Counted from the stretch's first letter, positions 1-7,595 are shown. The stretch: DNA of 11,345 bases from an uncultured Deinococcales bacterium (GCA_964244895.1 CAXTKV010000125.1:4212-15556), one strand, 5' to 3'. The notes: generated by a model from the letters alone, not told the origin. Numbers and translations: made by a program.

Positions 1-54
1 GCGCGCAGTAACCTCGTGCCGCACGCGCGCAACGGTCTCGTGCCGAACGCTCGA
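1..54 (+). repeat. Imperfect 24-bp in-frame tandem repeat within purL
   Basis: GCGCGCAGTAACCTCGTGCCGCAC / GCGCGCAACGGTCTCGTGCCGAAC / GCTCGA, translated as ARSNLVPH-ARNGLVPN-AR. Confidence 0.7.
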
Positions 55-894
55 GGAACCCGAGGCGCGGCGCTCTCCGTCGGCGTCTGCCCGCAGTACA
101 CCGAAATTGACCCCTACAGGATGGCCTGGGCCGCCGTGGACGAGGCCGTCAGGAACGCCGTGGCGGTCGGAGCCGATCCGGATCAGATTTCCATACTGGA
201 CAATTTTTGCTGGGGCAACCCGAAACTGCCCGACCGCATGGGTTCCTTGCTGCGCGCCACCGAAGGCTGCTTCGACGCGGCGATGGCCTACCAGACGCCG
301 TTTATCAGCGGCAAGGACAGCCTGAACAACGAATACGTCGGTTCGGACGGGCAACGCCACGCGATTCCCGGAACGCTCTTGATCAGCGCGCTGGGCATCG
401 TGCCAGACGTGCGCAAAACTGTGACGATGGACTTCAAACGCGACGGCAACCTGATCTACGCCATCGGAGAGACGCGCCTCGAGCCGAACGGCGTGCCGCG
501 ACCCGCCAGGAACCCGCTCGAGATCATGCGCAAGGTTCACGCCGCGATTCAATCCGGCCTGGTGCGCGCCTGCCACGATTGCTCCGAGGGCGGCATCGCC
601 GTGGCCGTGGCGGAGATGTGCATCGCGGGTCGGATCGGCGCGAGCATCGAGCTTCAGGACGTGCCGGGCGCGGGCGAGACCGACGTGGAAACGATCCTCT
701 TTTCTGAATCCCTCTCGCGATTCATGATCGAAGTCGAACTCGTCCATCACGTGCAATTCGAGCGCCTGCTCGAAGGCATCCCGTTCTCGAGAATCGGGCG
801 CGCGGAGGGTCGCGACCTGGTGATCCTGAACGCCGAAACCGAACTCGTGCGCTCAAATGTGGACGATCTGGAGGGCGCATGGCGCGGGTTCTGA
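1..894 (+). CDS. purL: Phosphoribosylformylglycinamidine synthase subunit PurL, C-terminal part (5' end outside the window)
   Basis: Frame 1 is open from base 1 to TGA 892-894. Motifs EAVRNAVAVGA, LDNFCWGNP, PFISGKDSLNN, CHDCSEGG and LFSES are typical of the PurL C-terminal half. It lies next to purQ. Confidence 0.95.
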   Translation, partial: ARSNLVPHARNGLVPNARGTRGAALSVGVCPQYTEIDPYRMAWAAVDEAVRNAVAVGADPDQISILDNFCWGNPKLPDRMGSLLRATEGCFDAAMAYQTPFISGKDSLNNEYVGSDGQRHAIPGTLLISALGIVPDVRKTVTMDFKRDGNLIYAIGETRLEPNGVPRPARNPLEIMRKVHAAIQSGLVRACHDCSEGGIAVAVAEMCIAGRIGASIELQDVPGAGETDVETILFSESLSRFMIEVELVHHVQFERLLEGIPFSRIGRAEGRDLVILNAETELVRSNVDDLEGAWRGF

Positions 895-1631
895 TTCTGG
901 TGGCCAACGGCTCGAACCGCGACCACGACGCGGCGCTCGCCATCGAAATGGCGGGTGGTGCGCCGGAAATCGTTCACGTCAACCAGCTTTTTGGCGGTCA
1001 GCGCCGGATGGACGATTACGCCATGCTGGTCTTGCCCGGCGGCTTCAGCTACGGCGATGACCTGGGCGCGGGCAAGCTTTGGGCGCTGGAACTGACCGAA
1101 CGCCTGGGCGCGGACATGCGCGCCTTCGTGGGTTCGGGACGGCCCGCGATCGGCATCTGCAACGGCTTCCAGGCGCTCGTCAAGGCCGAAATCCTGCCCG
1201 GATTGCCCAAACGCCGCGCTACCTTGACATACAACCAGTCCGGGCATTTCGAGTGCCGCTGGGTTCACCTCGAGGCTGACCCGGACGGCCCGTGCCAGTG
1301 GACGCGCGATCTCGAGGTGGTCTACTGCCCCGTGGCGCACGGCGAGGGCCGATTGATGGCCGACGAGAACACCCTGCGCGACATCGAAGGCCACCGCCTG
1401 GTCGCGCTGCGCTACGTCAAAGCCGACGGCGGCGATGCCCTTTATCCGGAGAACCCGAATGGATCGCCGTTCGGCATTGCGGGGTTGACGAACCTGGACG
1501 GGAACGTACTGGGCTTGATGCCGCACCCGGAGAACCACATCTTCGACTGGCAGCACCCGCGCTGGCGTCGCGGCCAGGGCGGCGGACTGGGGCTGGAATT
1601 GTTCAGGAACGGGATCAAGTTATGCCGATGA
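879..1631 (+). CDS. purQ: FGAM synthase glutaminase subunit PurQ
   Basis: Motifs PGGFSYGD, GICNGFQ (catalytic Cys), AHGEG, NPNGS and GLMPHPE (His-Glu). GGAGGG RBS at 870-875. Overlaps the end of purL. Confidence 0.96.
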   Translation: MARVLILVANGSNRDHDAALAIEMAGGAPEIVHVNQLFGGQRRMDDYAMLVLPGGFSYGDDLGAGKLWALELTERLGADMRAFVGSGRPAIGICNGFQALVKAEILPGLPKRRATLTYNQSGHFECRWVHLEADPDGPCQWTRDLEVVYCPVAHGEGRLMADENTLRDIEGHRLVALRYVKADGGDALYPENPNGSPFGIAGLTNLDGNVLGLMPHPENHIFDWQHPRWRRGQGGGLGLELFRNGIKLCR

Positions 1632-1634
1632 AGC

Positions 1635-1687
1635 GAGAACACCGTCCAGCACGCATTCCCGGGAACTACGTGCTGGACGGTGTTCTC
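1635..1687. repeat. Palindromic element copy A (purQ-purC gap)
   Basis: Perfect 19-bp arms GAGAACACCGTCCAGCACG (1635-1653) and CGTGCTGGACGGTGTTCTC (1669-1687), 15-nt loop. Confidence 0.95.
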
Positions 1688-1721
1688 TGGGGATTGAATC
1701 GGAATGATCGCGGTGAGGCGG

Positions 1722-1746
1722 GAGCGAGTCGCAGACCCGCCCCTAC
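1722..1746 (-). repeat. GTAG-family REP
   Basis: The minus strand reads GTAG-GGGCGGGTC-TGC-GACTCGCTC, a GTAG foot followed by an imperfect hairpin. Confidence 0.75.
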
Positions 1747-1773
1747 AGACATGGATCGTGCCGGGGGAATTCA

Positions 1774-2757
1774 GTGCCGCTGACCTCGAGCATCCCGCTG
1801 GAAACCCTGGAACGCGCCGTGCCGGATGCGTTCTGGTCGGTGGATCTGCCACCGGAAACCTTCGGCGTCAAGCGTCAGGGCAAGGTGCGCGATATCTACG
1901 ACCTGAACGGAAATTACGCGCTGATCACGACGGATCGGGTCAGCGCGTTCGATCGCGTGCTGGGCGCGATTCCGTTCAAGGGCCAGGTCTTGAATCAGCT
2001 CTCGGCGTGGTGGTTCGAGCGAACCCAGGACGTGGTGCAAAATCACGTTCTGGCCGTGCCTGACGAGAACGTCACGATCGGGCGCGCCGCGCAACCCCTG
2101 CCGATCGAGGTGGTCGTGCGCGGCTTCATCACGGGCGTGACCAGCACCTCCTTGTGGACGCTCTACGATGCTGGCGAGCGCGAGCCGTACGGCGTGCGCC
2201 TGCCGGACGGCCTGAAGAAAAACGATGCGCTGCCCGCGCCGATCATCACGCCGACCACCAAGGCCGAGGCGGGCGCGCACGACGAACGCATCACGCCCAA
2301 AGAAATCCTGGAGCGCGGCCTGGTCGAACCCCAACTGTGGCTCGAGGTCGAGCGGGTGGCGCAGGAACTCTTCAGGCGCGGTCAGGAGATCGCGCGCGGC
2401 GCGGGGCTGGTGTTGGTGGACACGAAATACGAATTCGGGTTGATAAACGGACAACTGGCGCTCATCGACGAGATCCACACGCCGGATTCCAGCCGCTACT
2501 GGACGCTCGAGAGCGTTGAGGCGGGCGATCCGAAAAGTTTCGACAAGGAGTTCCTGCGCGAGTGGTTCAACGCGCGCGGCTACCGTGGCGACGGCGATCC
2601 GCCCGCCATGCCCGCCGGGTTCATCGCGCAGGTGGCGGATCGGTACATCGCGGCTTTTGAACAATTGACCTCTCAGACCTTCGTTCCCGGAACGCAACCC
2701 GTGCCCGAGCGCATTCGAGGCCACCTCGAGAAGTACGCGAAAAGGTTGGTGCAGTGA
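1774..2757 (+). CDS. purC: SAICAR synthetase (long type, about 327 aa)
   Basis: Motifs GKVRDIY, TDRVSAFD, IPFKGQVLN, EVVVRG, TPTTKAE, LVDTKYEFG, DEIHTPDSSRYW and DKEFLR. GTG start with GGGGGA upstream. Confidence 0.96.
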   Translation: MPLTSSIPLETLERAVPDAFWSVDLPPETFGVKRQGKVRDIYDLNGNYALITTDRVSAFDRVLGAIPFKGQVLNQLSAWWFERTQDVVQNHVLAVPDENVTIGRAAQPLPIEVVVRGFITGVTSTSLWTLYDAGEREPYGVRLPDGLKKNDALPAPIITPTTKAEAGAHDERITPKEILERGLVEPQLWLEVERVAQELFRRGQEIARGAGLVLVDTKYEFGLINGQLALIDEIHTPDSSRYWTLESVEAGDPKSFDKEFLREWFNARGYRGDGDPPAMPAGFIAQVADRYIAAFEQLTSQTFVPGTQPVPERIRGHLEKYAKRLVQ

Positions 2758-4319
2758 TGCTTGAACGTCAGTCGCTCGAGAATACCGTCCTGGACACTGT
2801 TTCTAAGGACTCAAAAAACACCTTCCCAGACGCTGTTCTCGATGATCGCCCGCGCGAAGAATGCGGCGTCTTCGGGATTTACGCGCCGGGCCGCGACGTG
2901 GCCAGGTTGTCTTTTTTCGCGCTGTACGCCCTGCAGCACCGGGGTCAGGAGGGCGCGGGCATCGCCACCAGCGATGGTCGGAGCGCCTACACGCACAAGG
3001 CCATGGGCTTGGTCTCGCAGGTCTTCAACGAGGACAACTTGCGACCCCTCAAGGGCCACCTCGCCATCGGGCACAACCGCTATTCGACCACCGGCTCGAG
3101 CGTGCCCAGGAACGTCCAGCCATACCTGATCGAGACGATTTACGGGCCGCTGGGCGTGGCGCACAACGGCAACATCACGAACGCACGCACGCTCCGCCAG
3201 AAGCTCCTGGAGCGCGGCGTGGGCTTGTCCAGTTCGTCCGACACCGAAGTCCTGACGCAGATTCTGGCGTCCCCGGCGGAAGTCTGGGCCAGCCTGGGCG
3301 CGGAGGCTCCGGCGGCGGGCGCGTGGTTCGACGGGGACATCTGGGTCGAACGCATCCGCGCCCTGATGCGCGTCGCCGAGGGCGCGTACACGCTGGTGAT
3401 CCTGACCCGCGACGCCATGTACGCCGTGCGCGACCCGCACGGCCTGCGCCCGTTGTGTCTGGGTGAACTCGAGAATTCGGGGCAGTTCGTGGTCGCGTCC
3501 GAATCGTGCGCCTTGCAGACCATCGGCGCGCGCTACGTCCGCGAGATTCAACCCGGCGAGATTATCCGGCTGGACGCGAGCGGACTCCACACCGTCCAGG
3601 GCGCACCCGCCGCGCCCAAAGCCCTGTGCAGCTTCGAGTTCGTGTACTTCGCGCGCCCGGATTCCGTGATCGACGAGCAGGTCGTGCATGCCGTGCGCCA
3701 GCGCCTGGGTCGGCAACTCGCGCGGGAATCTTTCGTGGACGCGGATATCGTCGTGCCCGTGCCGGATTCCAGCACGCCCGCAGCCCTCGGGTACGCCCTC
3801 GAGAGCGGCATTCCCTACGGCGAGGGCCTGATCAAGAACCGCTACATCGGGCGCACCTTCATTCAGCCCGACGACGACCTGCGGCGCGTCGGCATCAAGC
3901 TGAAATTCAACCCCCTGCGCGAGAACATCCAGGGCAAACGCGTGGTGCTGGTGGACGATTCGATCGTGCGCGGCAACACCGCCGCGCCGTTGGTGCAACT
4001 GATGCGCGACGGCGGCGCATCCGAGGTGCATTTGCGCGTCTCCAGCCCGCCCGTGCGCCACCCGTGCTTCATGGGCGTGGACATGGCGACCCACAAGGAA
4101 CTGATCGCTTTCGATCACACCCTCGAAGAGATTCGGGCGCACACCGGCGCGGATTCGCTGGCGTACCTGAGCCTGGACGGCATGATCGCCGCGATTCGCG
4201 CAGACGTAACGGAGCGCGGCTATTGCGCGGCCTGTTTTTCGGGTCAGTACCCGATCCAGATTCCAGACTGGTTGTTCGACGACCGCGACAAATTGACCTT
4301 CGACCGGGTGCTGAAGTGA
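2757..4319 (+). CDS. purF: Amidophosphoribosyltransferase with N-terminal propeptide
   Basis: EECGVFG (Ntn Cys at 2862-2864), LQHRGQEGAG, GHNRYSTTG, HNGN, YFARPDS, VVLVDDSIVRGNT and C-terminal CAACFSG. ATG 2757 overlaps the purC stop (TGATG); GTG 2754 is an alternative start. Confidence 0.97.
   Translation: MLERQSLENTVLDTVSKDSKNTFPDAVLDDRPREECGVFGIYAPGRDVARLSFFALYALQHRGQEGAGIATSDGRSAYTHKAMGLVSQVFNEDNLRPLKGHLAIGHNRYSTTGSSVPRNVQPYLIETIYGPLGVAHNGNITNARTLRQKLLERGVGLSSSSDTEVLTQILASPAEVWASLGAEAPAAGAWFDGDIWVERIRALMRVAEGAYTLVILTRDAMYAVRDPHGLRPLCLGELENSGQFVVASESCALQTIGARYVREIQPGEIIRLDASGLHTVQGAPAAPKALCSFEFVYFARPDSVIDEQVVHAVRQRLGRQLARESFVDADIVVPVPDSSTPAALGYALESGIPYGEGLIKNRYIGRTFIQPDDDLRRVGIKLKFNPLRENIQGKRVVLVDDSIVRGNTAAPLVQLMRDGGASEVHLRVSSPPVRHPCFMGVDMATHKELIAFDHTLEEIRAHTGADSLAYLSLDGMIAAIRADVTERGYCAACFSGQYPIQIPDWLFDDRDKLTFDRVLK
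2775..2842. repeat. Two degenerate loop-less palindromic element copies (B1, B2), in frame in the purF 5' end
   Basis: CTCGAGAATACCGTCCTGGACACTGTTTC and CTCAAAAAACACCTTCCCAGACGCTGTTCTCGA, each resembling the compact palindrome found in purD. Confidence 0.7.
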
Positions 4320-4399
4320 TGCTCGAGAACGCGAGGCTCTCGCAATCCGCGAGGTCGCTCGAGTATCCTGGACGCTCGCGGATTGGCGCTCGGATGACC

Positions 4400-4455
4400 C
4401 GAAAACACCGTCCCGCACGCACACTTGAGAACGCGTGCAGGACGGTGTCCTCGAG
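4400..4455. repeat. Palindromic element copy C (purF-purD gap)
   Basis: CGAAAACACCGTCCCGCACGC (4400-4420), 12-nt loop, GCGTGCAGGACGGTGTCCTCGAG (4433-4455). Confidence 0.9.
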
Positions 4456-4470
4456 GTCGACGGTCAATTC

Positions 4471-5781
4471 GTGAACGTCCTGATCGTCGGTTCCGGCGGG
4501 CGAGAACACGCCCTCGCCTGGAAGATCGCGCAGAGTACGCGGGTGGATTCGATCTTCGTCTCGTCCGGCAACGGCGGCACGGCCTGGGACGGCCACGAAG
4601 GCGACCCGCACTCGATTTACGCGCCCGGAAGCGAGAACCTGCCGATCTCCGAACTCGACTTCCCGGCGTTGCTGGCGGCGGCCAGGGAGCGCGACGTGAA
4701 ACTGGTCGTGGTCGGGCCGGAAGCGCCGCTCGCGGTGGGCATCGTGGACGCGTTCCGGGGTTCCGGTATCCCGATCTTCGGCCCGACGCGCGAGGCGGCG
4801 CGGATCGAGGGCAGCAAGGTCTTCAGCAAGACCCTGATGCGCGAATCCGGCGTGCCGACCGCCGATTTCGAGGTCGTGACGCGTCTCGAGGATGCGCTCT
4901 CGTGGCTCGAGCGCCCGAGCTTCGACGTGACGCGCGGGTTGGTCGTCAAGGCGGACGGTCTGGCGGCGGGCAAGGGCGTGATCGTCTGCGACACGATCGT
5001 CGAGGCCAGGATCGCGGTAGAGGAGATGTTCTCCGGAGCGTTCGGCGGCGCGGGACAGACGGTGCTCGTAGAAGAACGCCTTTCAGGGCCGGAAGTGTCC
5101 GTGCTGGCCTTCTGCGACGGCCAGACGGTCGCGCTGATGCCCCCGGCGCGCGACCACAAGCGCATCTTCGATGGCGACAAAGGCCCGAACACGGGCGGCA
5201 TGGGCGCGTTCTGTCCGGTGCTGGATCTGGAACCGGATTTTCAGCAAACCGTCCAGCGCACCGTCCTGATGCCAATTGTGCGGGCCATGAAATCGCGCGG
5301 CACGCCGTACCGGGGCGTTCTGTACGCGGGCATCATGCTGACGCCGAAGGGTTTGCGCGTGCTCGAGTTCAACGCGCGTTTCGGCGACCCGGAAACCCAG
5401 GCCATTTTGCCGCTGCTCGAATCCGACCTGCCCCAGATTCTCGAGGCGTGCGCGCTCGGTCGGCTGGCGGATATCGCGCCGCAGATTCGTTGGCGTCCCG
5501 GCGCGTGCGTGACGGTCGTGGTCGCCTCGCGCGGGTATCCGGCAACCAGCCAAAAGGGCGTGCGGATCGTGCTGGACGCAAACATAGAAACACCGTCCAG
5601 GACGGTGTTTCAGGCCGGAACAAGCCTTCAGGATGGGCAACTGGTGACCAACGGCGGGCGCGTGCTCTGCGTGAGTGCCTGGGGCGAAGACTTCGCTGCG
5701 GCTCGAGCCCTGGCCTACGGCGGGATTTCGGGCGTGCGCTTCGATGGGATGCAATTCCGTCGGGACATCGGCCTGACCTGA
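4471..5781 (+). CDS. purD: Phosphoribosylamine-glycine ligase (GAR synthetase)
   Basis: MNVLIVGSGGREHALAW from GTG 4471, plus VVGPEAPL, VVKADGLAAGKGV, DHKRIFDGDKGPNTGGMGA, EFNARFGDPE and TNGGRVL. The track start at 4435 lies inside a repeat arm and is less likely. Confidence 0.96.
   Translation: MNVLIVGSGGREHALAWKIAQSTRVDSIFVSSGNGGTAWDGHEGDPHSIYAPGSENLPISELDFPALLAAARERDVKLVVVGPEAPLAVGIVDAFRGSGIPIFGPTREAARIEGSKVFSKTLMRESGVPTADFEVVTRLEDALSWLERPSFDVTRGLVVKADGLAAGKGVIVCDTIVEARIAVEEMFSGAFGGAGQTVLVEERLSGPEVSVLAFCDGQTVALMPPARDHKRIFDGDKGPNTGGMGAFCPVLDLEPDFQQTVQRTVLMPIVRAMKSRGTPYRGVLYAGIMLTPKGLRVLEFNARFGDPETQAILPLLESDLPQILEACALGRLADIAPQIRWRPGACVTVVVASRGYPATSQKGVRIVLDANIETPSRTVFQAGTSLQDGQLVTNGGRVLCVSAWGEDFAAARALAYGGISGVRFDGMQFRRDIGLT
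5587..5611. repeat. Loop-less palindromic element copy D inside purD
   Basis: GAAACACCGTCC-A-GGACGGTGTTTC, perfect 12-bp arms, translated as ETPSRTVF. Confidence 0.85.
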
Positions 5782-5858
5782 ATTGTTGTGGCCTTCCGGA
5801 AAAGACAGCCCCAATCTCGTCGCCTCCAGTGCGAACCACGTGAGCTTTTCTAAGGCTC

Positions 5859-5867
5859 TGGTACGCT
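5859..5867 (+). promoter_or_regulatory. Putative extended -10 promoter (TG-n-TACGCT) for a leaderless ClC transcript
   Basis: TGGTACGCT ends 6 nt before GTG 5874, and there is no Shine-Dalgarno sequence upstream. Confidence 0.55.
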
Positions 5868-5873
5868 GAACGC

Positions 5874-7595
5874 GTGCAACGCCCGCGCCGCGCCCTCCGC
5901 GTTCTCGGCAACCGGCTCGAGACCGGACGGGTCGTGCTGTACGGCCTGGGCGTGGGTGGGCTGGTCGGGGTGTTCGGTACGGTCTTCGCGTTCGCCCTCG
6001 AGATTGCGCAGAACGCGCTCTTGTCTGCGCTCTCGGGTTTTCACCCGCCGGGCCTGAACTCCGAAGGTGGCGTGCTGCAAGCCTTCGCGGGGGATCGCGC
6101 CTGGGTCTTGCCCGTGTTGCTGGCGTTCGGGCTGGTGTTTCCGGTCTTGCTGGAACGCGCCTGGACGCAAAGGCGCGGCACGCCGTTGCAGATCAGCGGT
6201 GATGGCGTGGACATCGCGCTCGAGGTTTACCACAACAACCGGGCGCGTTCCGGCGCGTGGGGAGCCCTGCTGCGCGCGATCGCGGGGCTGGTCTCGCTGG
6301 GTGTCGGCGCACCGTTGGGGCGCGAGGGGCCCTTCGTGGCGCTCTCGAGCGGCGTGGGTTCCCTGTTCGCCTCCTGGGGCCGGATGCCCGACGAGGACAG
6401 GCGGCTGGTGTTCCTGGCGGGTCTGGCGGCGGGCCTGGGATTGGTGCTGCGCGCACCGCTGGCGGGCGCGGTACTGGCCATCGAATTGCTGTACCGCCGC
6501 TTCGAGTTCGAGATCGAAGGATTGACGCCCGCCGTGATCGCCAGCGTGGTCGCGTACGCCATTTACGGCGTGTTCCGTGGTTTCGCGCCGCTCTTTTCCC
6601 TGCCCGATCCGGGTGTTCAACCACCGTCGTTGCTGCCCGCGTTTTTCGTGCTGGGTCTGCTCGAGGCGCTGGCGGCGGCGGGTTTCGTGGCGGCCTTCCG
6701 GGGGCTGGTCGCGGCCTGGAATCTGGTCAGGATTCCCGACTGGGCGCGGTTGGCGCTGGTCGGCGTCGTGATCGGGCTGGTCGGAATGATCAATCCGGGC
6801 GTGCTGGGCGACGGGCTGGGCTGGGTTCAGCTTTCGTTGTCCGGGTTTTTGCCGATCGACAGCCTGAGCGCCCTGCTGATCTGGCGCGCGCTGGCCACGC
6901 TCTTGGCGGGCAGCGCCGGGGGCACGGGCGGCCTGATCGTGCCGAGCCTGGTGCTGGGCGGGCTGATCGGCAACCTGTACGCCTTTGCGCTGTCCGCGGT
7001 CTTTCCGGGGCTCTCGCTCGAGCCTGCGGCCTTCACGCTGACCGGCATGGCGGCCTTCCTGGCGGGCACGATGAACGCGCCCCTGGGGGCGACGCTGCTG
7101 ATCACCGAATGGAGCGGTTACAGCCTGCTGGTGCCGCTCTTGTTGACGACCGCCGCCGGGTACGCGCTGACGGGCCGGGAATCGTTGCTGAAGCACCAGG
7201 CCGAATCGCGCTCCTCGAGCCCGGTTCACATCGCCGAATACCTCTCGAGCGCGGTGCGGATGGCCTCACCGTCCAACGCGACGCCCGTGCCCGCCTCCAC
7301 GGCGCGCGCCGGACTGATGGACTTGCTTTCGAGTTCATCGCTGTCGATTTCAGAGGACGACGCCGAGCGCCTCTACCGCATGACCGTGCCCGAGGTCTGG
7401 ATCAACCAGGCCGTGCGAGACCTGGAATGGCCCCAGAATGCGCTCCTGGTCGCTATTTTGCGCGATGGTCACGTCCGCGTGCCGCGCGGCAACACGGTTC
7501 TGGAAGCCCGCGACGAGTTGATCGTGATGGCCGAACCGGACGTGTTCGCGCGCCTTTCGGGTTCCCGGCCTAGCGTCCAGACGCCGAGCGCGTGA
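5874..7595 (+). CDS. ClC-family chloride channel/transporter with C-terminal TrkA-C (RCK_C) domain
   Basis: Many hydrophobic helices, GREGP, LRAPLAGAVLAIE, GGTGGLIVPSL and GMAAFLAG..NAPL. The C-terminal VRDLEWP..ALLVAILRDG...VPRGNTVLEARDELIV matches the TrkA-C pattern. Confidence 0.9.
   Translation: MQRPRRALRVLGNRLETGRVVLYGLGVGGLVGVFGTVFAFALEIAQNALLSALSGFHPPGLNSEGGVLQAFAGDRAWVLPVLLAFGLVFPVLLERAWTQRRGTPLQISGDGVDIALEVYHNNRARSGAWGALLRAIAGLVSLGVGAPLGREGPFVALSSGVGSLFASWGRMPDEDRRLVFLAGLAAGLGLVLRAPLAGAVLAIELLYRRFEFEIEGLTPAVIASVVAYAIYGVFRGFAPLFSLPDPGVQPPSLLPAFFVLGLLEALAAAGFVAAFRGLVAAWNLVRIPDWARLALVGVVIGLVGMINPGVLGDGLGWVQLSLSGFLPIDSLSALLIWRALATLLAGSAGGTGGLIVPSLVLGGLIGNLYAFALSAVFPGLSLEPAAFTLTGMAAFLAGTMNAPLGATLLITEWSGYSLLVPLLLTTAAGYALTGRESLLKHQAESRSSSPVHIAEYLSSAVRMASPSNATPVPASTARAGLMDLLSSSSLSISEDDAERLYRMTVPEVWINQAVRDLEWPQNALLVAILRDGHVRVPRGNTVLEARDELIVMAEPDVFARLSGSRPSVQTPSA

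Noticed and set aside
1632..1773. Purine riboswitch or PurR box in pur intergenic gaps
   Set aside because: The gap content is explained by the palindromic element and a REP, which also occur beside non-purine genes. No riboswitch or PurR consensus was recognised.
2811..4424. 537-aa minus-strand ORF
   Set aside because: Antisense shadow of purF, expected from GC-rich codon bias, with no recognisable motifs.
5850..7229. 459-aa minus-strand ORF and other long alternative-frame ORFs (e.g. 4425-5843, 6257-7573, 7683-8897)
   Set aside because: They overlap well-supported genes and are Arg/Gly/Pro-rich frame shadows.
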